A DNA stretch of 64,000 nt from an uncultured Desulfatiglans sp. (GTDB taxonomy: Bacteria; Desulfobacterota; DSM-4660; Desulfatiglandales; HGW-15), in contig CAYWRH010000006.1 of the NCBI GenBank assembly GCA_964460435.1, positions 192 through 64,191 on the forward strand, read 5' to 3'. Position 1 is the first letter of the stretch. Every line of letters begins with the position of its first letter. The translations under genes were made by a program, and so were the position numbers. The notes beneath the pieces were generated by a model. The model was not told where the DNA came from and did not search any database. It was given only the letters and a program-made list of their open reading frames with translations. Positions 47,192-55,191 of the stretch are shown here, one piece after another.

Positions 47192-47752
47192 TTAATCAAA
47201 AGAGACTTCTCTGTATTGTTTTAGCCTCTCCGCAAAGGCATCAGTTCCTGCCCATCCGCATGAGTTTAATTCAGGACAGAACCCGCGGTATATACATTCA
47301 GGCACACAAACATTGTAAAGTTCAGGCAGCTCCTTTTTAAGGGCATCCAGTAACTCTTTCCAGGCCCTGTTTGTCTCACGCGATGCCTGGGAGCACAACC
47401 TTTTTCTTGAGATATTGATTATTGCCTGCGCATTGGCTATACACTCGTGTGTTACCAGTTGAGACTGAGGCAATTCATCCCTGTTAATGCCTGTCCGGTC
47501 GCTCCTCTGTGTGCTCACAAAATGCTCTATGCCAATCTTGTGCCTGACAAAATGGACGCTAACCCAGTACTGCAAATCAACCCATTTCCACTTTATTATA
47601 AGCTGGCGTATCGGGGAGTGCTCACAAAGAAGCATCTTATGCCGCCATTTCATACCAGGTTCACCGCGGCCCTTTTCCATGCCCACAGTTGTCCTGGCAG
47701 CATCAGCAACCTCACGCCATGTCGCTTTTATCTCGATATAATCAATGCGCAT
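47192..47752 (-). CDS. short ThyX-like (Thy1 fold, flavin-dependent thymidylate synthase family) protein with variant motif
   Basis: 186 aa. EHSPIRQL aligns with the ThyX HETPFEH segment. VHFVRHKIGIEHFVSTQRS fits the ThyX motif RHR-X7-S with the second Arg replaced by Lys. Has a Cys-rich C-terminus. Confidence 0.45.
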   Translation of the reverse strand: MRIDYIEIKATWREVADAARTTVGMEKGRGEPGMKWRHKMLLCEHSPIRQLIIKWKWVDLQYWVSVHFVRHKIGIEHFVSTQRSDRTGINRDELPQSQLVTHECIANAQAIINISRKRLCSQASRETNRAWKELLDALKKELPELYNVCVPECIYRGFCPELNSCGWAGTDAFAERLKQYREVSFD

Positions 47753-47792
47753 TACATTACTCCCCTATAATGAAAAAGATAAAAAATAATAG

Positions 47793-47808
47793 TGGAAACA
47801 GGGGTGCA
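47793..47808 (+). promoter_or_regulatory. possible sigma-54 (-24/-12) promoter upstream of the CE15 gene
   Basis: TGGaaacaggggTGCA has GG and GC at the canonical spacing (consensus TGGCAC-N5-TTGCA). It lies about 90 nt upstream of the ATG at 47900. Confidence 0.3.
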
Positions 47809-47899
47809 AGTATCAATTTCTCATGGTAATTTGTCAAGAAATTTGCAATAGTATATTACCATGTTTTTACTTTATAAATTTTAAACCAGGGGATCAGCC

Positions 47900-49240
47900 A
47901 TGAACAAAAACAGGATGATAGTTACATTGTTTTTTTTATTCGCCTCAATACAAACATTTGCCCAGATGCCAAAGATAGACTGGGAGGCCATACAAAAGGA
48001 AAATGCAAAGGATCATTCCCTGATGATGAAGATGCTTGGCATAACAGAGATCAGGCCCGGCCCTTCAGGCGACCCCAAGGCCCCTAATGCCGCAAACAGT
48101 GATGAATCAAAGGCTACCACCTATACAACCCTGCCAGACCCGCTTGTTTTTCTGGATGGCTCCAGGGTGACTACCCCTGGGCAGTGGGAAAAGCGCAGAA
48201 AGGAGCTGTTTGAACTCTTTGACAGGGAGGTATACGGCAGGATGCCTCCTTCCATCCCCCCTGTAAAATGGGAAACAGTCGATGAAAAAATAAATAGAGT
48301 TGAAGGCATCCCTGTAAAAGAAAGGGAATTAAAAGGGCATGTAGATAATTCAAGCTATCCATCCATCAGTGTGGATATACAGATGAAACTCACTATCCCA
48401 GTGGACGCAAAAAATGCACCTGTAGTAATCGAGTTTGGCTGGCTTGGCCCGATGTTTTTCAATATGCCTGATCCTCCAAAACCCACATGGCAGGAACAGC
48501 TTTTAAAAAAGGGGTGGGGTTATGCCATACTTGTGCCTACAAGCATACAGGATGATTCAGGCGCCGGCCTCACTAAAGGTATTATTGGTCTTGTGAACAA
48601 GGGTAAGCCCAGAAAAGCTGATGACTGGGGTGCGCTCCGTGCCTGGGCATGGGGGGCTAGCCGCGCAGTCGACTATTTTGAAACCATAGATGAGGTGGAT
48701 GAAACCAGGGTTGTTATAGAAGGGCTTTCCCGATACGGAAAGGCCGCACTGGTTGCCTTGGCCTATGAACCACGCATTGCAATAGGATTTATCGGCTCGT
48801 CCGGGGCAGGCGGGGCCAAGATATTAAGGAGAAATTTCGGGGAACAGGTAGAAAACCTTGCCGCATCGGGTGAATATCACTGGTTTGCCCCAAATTTTAT
48901 AAAATATGCAGGGCCTCTAACGGTAAATGATCTGCCTGTTGATGCCCATGAGCTTGTTGCGCTCTGTGCGCCAAGACCCATCTTTATCAGCGCCGGCTCT
49001 GCAAAGGAGGAGGGGACATGGGTTGATGCAAAGGGCATGTTCCTTTCGGGTGTTCATGCAAGCCCTGTATATGAGCTCCTCGGCAGAAAAGGCCTTGAAA
49101 CAGACAAGTTTCCGCCGGAGAAAACATCCCTTATAAAGGGCGATATTGCATTCAGGCAGCATGAGGGCGGCCATACAGTTATACCCAACTGGCCCTATTT
49201 TATAGAATTTGCTGAAAGGTATTTTTCCGGAAAGAAATAA
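47900..49240 (+). CDS. secreted carbohydrate esterase family 15 (glucuronoyl esterase)-like protein
   Basis: Signal peptide MNKNRMIVTLFFLFASIQTFAQ. Nucleophile motif GLSRYGKAAL resembles the CE15 G-x-S-R-x-G-K motif. The N-terminal RRKELFELFDREVYGRMP pattern is also CE15-like. Confidence 0.6.
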   Translation: MNKNRMIVTLFFLFASIQTFAQMPKIDWEAIQKENAKDHSLMMKMLGITEIRPGPSGDPKAPNAANSDESKATTYTTLPDPLVFLDGSRVTTPGQWEKRRKELFELFDREVYGRMPPSIPPVKWETVDEKINRVEGIPVKERELKGHVDNSSYPSISVDIQMKLTIPVDAKNAPVVIEFGWLGPMFFNMPDPPKPTWQEQLLKKGWGYAILVPTSIQDDSGAGLTKGIIGLVNKGKPRKADDWGALRAWAWGASRAVDYFETIDEVDETRVVIEGLSRYGKAALVALAYEPRIAIGFIGSSGAGGAKILRRNFGEQVENLAASGEYHWFAPNFIKYAGPLTVNDLPVDAHELVALCAPRPIFISAGSAKEEGTWVDAKGMFLSGVHASPVYELLGRKGLETDKFPPEKTSLIKGDIAFRQHEGGHTVIPNWPYFIEFAERYFSGKK

Positions 49241-49614
49241 TGGGAACCAAAAATATTCTGGTAATAGATGATGACCCTGTTCTGGTCAAGCTGATAAGTG
49301 AGATGCTCGATATCCTTGGTTATAAATCCGTAACAAGCACCAGCAGCCCTGAAGGTTTCAGGCTCTTCTGTGATGCCCCTGATGATTTTGATCTGGTTAT
49401 TACAGATATGTCAATGCCCGGGATGAATGGAGATATACTGGCAGGCAGGATCTTCGCAATACGCAAGAATATACCCATTATCCTGTGCACAGGATTTAAT
49501 GAATATGTCTCAGAGGAAGAGGCAAAATCAAAAGGCATATGCGATATTGTACTTAAACCTGTAAATATGAAAACCCTTTCCGAGGCAGTCATTAAGGCCA
49601 TTACGAACCAGTAG
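49240..49614 (+). CDS. stand-alone CheY-like receiver domain protein
   Basis: 124 aa. ILVIDDD...VITDMSMPGMNG...LKP receiver motifs. The start overlaps the CE15 stop (TAATG). Confidence 0.85.
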   Translation: MGTKNILVIDDDPVLVKLISEMLDILGYKSVTSTSSPEGFRLFCDAPDDFDLVITDMSMPGMNGDILAGRIFAIRKNIPIILCTGFNEYVSEEEAKSKGICDIVLKPVNMKTLSEAVIKAITNQ

Positions 49615-49641
49615 TTTCAGGCTGTTAATATAACCCCTGAA

Positions 49642-51093
49642 TCAGAGATAGGGATAAAAGAGCCATGCAATCGCATCCCTGGTGCGTACAATAAGAGGGC
49701 GGGAGTCCATTTCAGCAAGGGTTACCTCACTTGATATCTTAATCCTGTCAGTTATGTGCCCTGAAATATCACCTGCGAACTCTCTGTCATACACCTCAAC
49801 AGCTAGCTCAAAATTTAGCCTGAGGCTTCTTGCATCCATATTTGCGGTGCCGATTATAGAATAAGAGTCATCAACAACAAAGAGCTTTGTATGGACAAAA
49901 GGGGGGGGCTGATAATAAACCTTTACCCCCCTTATAAGAAGCTCCCAGAGCATATTCCTTGTTGCCCAGTGCACATATGGAAGATTGTTTTTTTCAGGCA
50001 GCAGGATAGAGACCTCTACACCCTTAAGAGATGCAGTCTGGAGCGCAGAGATCATCTCACGATTTGGCAGAAAATAGGGTGTCATTATCATTATGCGTTT
50101 TCTTGCTGAGGATATTGCACCTGTTAAAATTGTTGCAAGCTTGTTAAAGTCTTCATCAGGGCCTTCAGAGATAACCCGGCATCTGGCGCCCTCTTTTTCT
50201 GCGCCCTTATAAGGTGCCGCCTCAATCTTTTGCCCTGTTATAAACCTCCAGTCATCCATAAAGACCTTTTCTATCTGAGACACAACAGGCCCATCTATCC
50301 TGAAATGCACATCCATCACCTTTTTTCTGTTAGAGGGATCATTAACCAGATTATATGAACCTATATTTATACCGCCTGTAAATGCGATCTTGCTGTCTGC
50401 AACAAGGATCTTGCGGTGATTTCGGAGGTTGATATGTATAGATGGGGGGAAAAGCGCAGGGGGGATATACCTGGCAAAATCTATACCCCTTTTTTTTAAC
50501 AGCCTCCCTGCAGGGGGAAACGAATAGTATTCACCGATTCCGTCAATAATTACCTTTACATCAACGCCTCTTTCTTTTGCCCTTGCGAGTCTATCTATAA
50601 ATTCTCTTCCTGTTGAATCGGTCTTAAAGATATATGTGGATAAAAACAGGGAGCTTTCCGCATTTTCTATAGCATCATACATTAAAGGGTAGGCATTATC
50701 CCCATTGTGAAGGATATCTATCCGGTTACCGGATGTAACGGAGATACCGGTTATTGTATCTGCTATATTGGCAATCTCCGCGCACCCCCGGGGCAGGATT
50801 GCCCTTAGATGAGATGGTCTGACTGTCACAGGTACAGGCTCAAGAGGCAGAAAGCCAGTGATCGGGATTTTGCCGGTAAGTATCCTGGCGCGTGTGCGTA
50901 TACGGTTTATTCCGAAAAGAAAATAGAGTATATACCCGAAAACAGGAAACATGAATATGACCGCAAGCCATCCAAGTGAGGCCCTCGGATCACGCTTGTA
51001 CAGAAGGGCATGCCATGCAGACAGAAGGGTAATAATCAGGTTTGCTGTGATAATAACATAATAGAATATGGCAGTGCTTTGAATAAGTTCCAT
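49642..51093 (-). CDS. cls: cardiolipin synthase
   Basis: 483 aa. Two N-terminal TM helices and two HKD motifs (HRKILVADS and HTKLFVVDD). Confidence 0.9.
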   Translation of the reverse strand: MELIQSTAIFYYVIITANLIITLLSAWHALLYKRDPRASLGWLAVIFMFPVFGYILYFLFGINRIRTRARILTGKIPITGFLPLEPVPVTVRPSHLRAILPRGCAEIANIADTITGISVTSGNRIDILHNGDNAYPLMYDAIENAESSLFLSTYIFKTDSTGREFIDRLARAKERGVDVKVIIDGIGEYYSFPPAGRLLKKRGIDFARYIPPALFPPSIHINLRNHRKILVADSKIAFTGGINIGSYNLVNDPSNRKKVMDVHFRIDGPVVSQIEKVFMDDWRFITGQKIEAAPYKGAEKEGARCRVISEGPDEDFNKLATILTGAISSARKRIMIMTPYFLPNREMISALQTASLKGVEVSILLPEKNNLPYVHWATRNMLWELLIRGVKVYYQPPPFVHTKLFVVDDSYSIIGTANMDARSLRLNFELAVEVYDREFAGDISGHITDRIKISSEVTLAEMDSRPLIVRTRDAIAWLFYPYL

Positions 51094-51213
51094 CTGACCA
51101 GTCTTACTAATTATGGTTAATGATTTGATGTTTCCATTTACCCGGTGTATATAGTAGATTATCGTTTTACAATCAATATTAACTTTTTTCTACAATCTTT
51201 ATACAGGGTTACA

Positions 51214-52941
51214 ATGAGTCTTAAAAAGGAAAACAGCATGATCGAGGTTAATGCCGGTAACACTGCACAGGCCTTTCTTGATCTGCTTGCGCTTAGAGGG
51301 ATAGAATACTTTTTCGGAAATGCCGGGACTGATTTTGCCAGCATTGTGGATGCCTTTTCAAAAAGGAAGGCCGAAGGGAAAAACACCCCTGTCCCCATAA
51401 CTGTGCCCCATGAGATCCCGCTTGTGGGCATGGCATATGGATATTACCTGTTAACAGGAAGGGTACAGGCAGCCATGGTGCATGTGGGCGTTGGCACAGC
51501 AAATGCGCTTGGTTCCATAATTACAGCAAAGAGATCAAGAATACCAATACTGTTTTTTGCCGGAAGGACGCCGATCACCGAAGAGGGGCACCCTGCCTCA
51601 AGATCATCCTTTGTCCACTGGGCGCAGGAGTGTCATGACCAGGCAGGGATGGTAAGGGAATTTGTCAACTGGGACTATGAACTAAAATATCCTTCACAGC
51701 TTGAGGATGTCATTGACAGGGCGCTTGTAATGGCGCTCTCTGAACCGAGCGGCCCGGTTTACCTGACACTGCCAAGAGAGGTACTTTATTCTGCCTTTGA
51801 TAAAAAACAGTTCAGCAGCAGCCTGAAATATGACCTCCCCACCATTTATCCTGACAGTGATAAGATATCAAAGGTGGCAGGGCTTATTGCTGATGCTCAA
51901 AACCCCATAATCATCACATCATCATATGGCAAAAGAGCGCAATATGTGGATACCCTTGTTCAACTGGCTGAAACCGCCGGCATAGGTGTTGTTTCATTCC
52001 ATCCTGAATATATGAATTTTCCGCCCGGTCATTACTGTCATCAGGGATTTTCTCCAGATCCTCTGCTTAATGATGCTGATCTTATAATAGTCCTTGAAAG
52101 TGATGTCCCATGGTATCCATCTGTTAAAAAACCGGGGGATTCGGCCTTTATCGTTAATATCGGGATAGACCCTTTGTACAAAGACTATCCTGTGAGAAGC
52201 TACCCCTCTGATATTACCATAAACAGCGCTCCTGAACTTGCCCTTAATATGCTTGTCAGGGAATTAAAAGCCTCAAACAGGCTTAATGATATTATCATAA
52301 GAGGCAGAAGAGCTGTTCTTAAAGAACGGCATGATGAGATTTTTAAAGGAATGTATTTAAAGGCGGAAAATGCCTCCTCTGCTATCCCGATGAATCAGGG
52401 ATATGTCTCGGCATGTGTAAACAATATAATTGACAATAATACCATTATTGTAAACGAATATAATAACCAGATGATATGGCAGAAAAATCTGCATCCAGGC
52501 CATTATTTTGGCGTTTCACATGCAGGGTATCTGGGATGGTCTGTCGGGGCAGCGCTTGGCATGAAAATGGCTGCCCCTGATAAAAAGGTGATTGTAACAG
52601 TGGGTGACGGTTCATATATGTTCTCTGTGCCATCTGCATGTCATTTTGTTTCAAGGGCTTATGATCTTCCAATACTCATAATAGTATATAACAACCAGTC
52701 ATGGGAGGCTGTAAGGCAGGCAACTTTCGAGATTCATCCTGACGGCTTTGCAGCAAAGGACCCTGATATGCCCTTGACAGACTTGAAGCCCTCGCCAGAC
52801 TATGAAAAAATATGCACGGCGTTTGGCGGGTATGGCGAAAGGGTAGAAAGGGCTGAAGAGCTAAAGAGCGCGCTTAATCGCGGCCTTAATGCAATAACAA
52901 AAGAAAGACGTCAGGCATGCCTGAATGTGGTGTGTAAATAA
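51214..52941 (+). CDS. thiamine-pyrophosphate-dependent enzyme of the acetolactate-synthase-like family, function unknown
   Basis: N-terminal Pyr domain (GIEYFFGNAGTDF) and a C-terminal TPP-binding motif GDGSYMF...NN. The ORF opens at a GTG at 51145; the ATGs at 51214 or 51238 are more likely starts. Confidence 0.75.
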   Translation: MSLKKENSMIEVNAGNTAQAFLDLLALRGIEYFFGNAGTDFASIVDAFSKRKAEGKNTPVPITVPHEIPLVGMAYGYYLLTGRVQAAMVHVGVGTANALGSIITAKRSRIPILFFAGRTPITEEGHPASRSSFVHWAQECHDQAGMVREFVNWDYELKYPSQLEDVIDRALVMALSEPSGPVYLTLPREVLYSAFDKKQFSSSLKYDLPTIYPDSDKISKVAGLIADAQNPIIITSSYGKRAQYVDTLVQLAETAGIGVVSFHPEYMNFPPGHYCHQGFSPDPLLNDADLIIVLESDVPWYPSVKKPGDSAFIVNIGIDPLYKDYPVRSYPSDITINSAPELALNMLVRELKASNRLNDIIIRGRRAVLKERHDEIFKGMYLKAENASSAIPMNQGYVSACVNNIIDNNTIIVNEYNNQMIWQKNLHPGHYFGVSHAGYLGWSVGAALGMKMAAPDKKVIVTVGDGSYMFSVPSACHFVSRAYDLPILIIVYNNQSWEAVRQATFEIHPDGFAAKDPDMPLTDLKPSPDYEKICTAFGGYGERVERAEELKSALNRGLNAITKERRQACLNVVCK

Positions 52942-52954
52942 CATAGGAAACAAC

Positions 52955-53695
52955 ATGTCAGAATTCAGCAAATCAAAATGGGCAGAACCCGATTTTGCAC
53001 AGGCATATAGAGACAGCGCAGATATAATTATTGTGGGGCGGAAGAGACTTTTATCTATCCTGCAATCCTTTTTTATCCATTTTGTATCTGGTAAACCTGA
53101 AAGGAATGTTCTTGATCTGGGGTGCGGTGATGGCATTGCTGTATATGAACTCTTAAAGGTTGATAGCGCTTTAAGGGCCACCCTTCTGGATGGCTCTAAC
53201 GATATGCTGCTCAAGGCAAAGGAAAGACTGAAGAGGTATGATAATTGTGAGTTTTTATGTGCAAGCTTCCAGGATATATTAGACAAGAGAGTCAATCTGG
53301 GCAATTTTGATCTCATCATATCCTCCATGGCAATCCACCACCTCACGATGGATGATAAAAGAGCGCTGTTTGAAATCGTTTATTCACACCTCAATCCTCA
53401 AGGCTATTTCCTTGTTACTGATGTCACCCTGTCTCCGTCAGAGACACTTGAACAATGGTATCTGCAGCTATGGAGAGAGTGGATTACTGAAAGAGAGGCT
53501 ATATTAAAGATTAATAGCCACGAGCATGACGGCATTATAAACAGATACAAGGACAACATAGATAACAGGCCGGATATATTGAACACACAGCTCGAAGCAC
53601 TTCAGAGCGTAGGGTTCAAGGATGTGGACTGCTATTATAAGTACGGCATCTTTGCTATATTTGGCGGAAAAAAACAGGAGGAAACACCGGCATGA
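52955..53695 (+). CDS. class I SAM-dependent methyltransferase
   Basis: Motif I VLDLGCGDGIA and post-I/II DLIISSMAIHHL. ATG at 52955 preceded by AGGAAA. Confidence 0.8.
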   Translation: MSEFSKSKWAEPDFAQAYRDSADIIIVGRKRLLSILQSFFIHFVSGKPERNVLDLGCGDGIAVYELLKVDSALRATLLDGSNDMLLKAKERLKRYDNCEFLCASFQDILDKRVNLGNFDLIISSMAIHHLTMDDKRALFEIVYSHLNPQGYFLVTDVTLSPSETLEQWYLQLWREWITEREAILKINSHEHDGIINRYKDNIDNRPDILNTQLEALQSVGFKDVDCYYKYGIFAIFGGKKQEETPA

Positions 53696-54993
53696 AAAAG
53701 ACTATACTCTGCACCATTCTCTTTTCTGTCTGTTTTATCATGGCAGCAATTGCCTCTGACAACTGTAAAGAGGATATAAAAGACCCACGGGGCCCGATGC
53801 AGCCGTGGGATAAGGGGGCATGGGAGACCGGCAAATACCGGAATCTCTTTCTTGAGGCAGGGTATAAGCAGGAGGAGATAGAAGCAAAGCTTCAAAAGGC
53901 ATACCATGATCTGTTTAAAGGTCCGAACAGGGTCTACTTTGAGGTTGGCGATGATATGGCCTATATCTCTGATATCAAAAACAGGGATGCCCGGACAGAG
54001 GGGCTTTCATATGGCATGATGATAGCTGTCCAGCTCAATAAAAAGGATGTATTTGACCGTTTATGGCGATGGTCAAAAAAATATATGCAGCACCAGGGCG
54101 GGCCCCGTGACGGCTACTTTGCATGGTCAGTGGAACCAAAGACAGGCAGACACAACTCGGAAGGGACAGCGTCAGACGGCGAACTCTACTTTATAACCGC
54201 ACTTCTTTTTGCCTCAAACAGGTGGGGAAATGATACAGGTATCAGTTACTATGGCGAGGCAAGAAGGATACTTGATGCCATGTGGGCAAAGGATGGTTCA
54301 GATGGCATAAACAACATAATCAATGTTGAGCATAAACAGATAAGCTTTGTGCCTGAATCAGAAAGATATGACCTCACTGATCCATCCTATTACCTGCCTG
54401 CATTCTTTGAGATATGGGCGGAGTATGCAAAGGATGGTCATGAGATGTTTTACAGGGAATGTGCAAAAAGGGCGCGTGAATTTTTACATAAGGTGTGTCA
54501 CCCTGAAACCGGCCTGAACCCAGACATCACCCTTTATAATGGTGAGCTGCCAAAACAAAATTTTATTAAACCGGCTTTCCGCTATGATTCATGGCGAGTC
54601 CCCATGAACATCGCAATGGACTATTCATGGTATGGAAAGGATAGAAAATGGCAGATGGATTATGCGAAACGCATACAGGATTTCCTCTATTGCAGGGGTA
54701 TAGAGAGCTTTGAAGACCAATTCAACATGGATGGCACCCTGCCTGACTTTTTACTGCCTGCCGGGGGTTTTCAGAAACTGAGACATTCACTTGGGCTTGT
54801 AGCTACCTCTGCAACTGCCTCATTAATGGGCACACAGGCAAAAAGCTGGAAATTTGTGGATGCTGTCTGGAATGCCAGGCTCGAACCATATGAAGATGGC
54901 TATTTTGACCCCTATTATGACGGTCTGCTCTACCTCTTCAGCCTTATGCACCTGAGCGGTAACTACAGGATTATAAAACCTGAGAATCCCTAG
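53692..54993 (+). CDS. secreted glycoside hydrolase family 8, Rex-type (reducing-end xylose-releasing exo-oligoxylanase-like)
   Basis: Has a signal peptide. TEGLSYGMMIAV, and SDGELYFITALLFASNRWG, which resembles the Rex8A-type variant of the GH8 signature. ATGA overlap with the methyltransferase stop. Confidence 0.65.
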   Translation: MKKTILCTILFSVCFIMAAIASDNCKEDIKDPRGPMQPWDKGAWETGKYRNLFLEAGYKQEEIEAKLQKAYHDLFKGPNRVYFEVGDDMAYISDIKNRDARTEGLSYGMMIAVQLNKKDVFDRLWRWSKKYMQHQGGPRDGYFAWSVEPKTGRHNSEGTASDGELYFITALLFASNRWGNDTGISYYGEARRILDAMWAKDGSDGINNIINVEHKQISFVPESERYDLTDPSYYLPAFFEIWAEYAKDGHEMFYRECAKRAREFLHKVCHPETGLNPDITLYNGELPKQNFIKPAFRYDSWRVPMNIAMDYSWYGKDRKWQMDYAKRIQDFLYCRGIESFEDQFNMDGTLPDFLLPAGGFQKLRHSLGLVATSATASLMGTQAKSWKFVDAVWNARLEPYEDGYFDPYYDGLLYLFSLMHLSGNYRIIKPENP

Positions 54994-55191
54994 TATTAAA
55001 GCCAACCTCCCTTTAAAAAAGGTGCGAATAAACTTTTCAGGGCAAATTCATTTATTTCAGTAAAAGGCAATCAGTGCCGATAGTGGTATTGTATTAACAG
55101 TAGAAGAGGTCTGTCCATAAGAAGGATACGACCTTTTCTTGATAAAATTTATGTCTGTTTATAAGAGGTTATCAAGAGGTTATTAAGTCTG

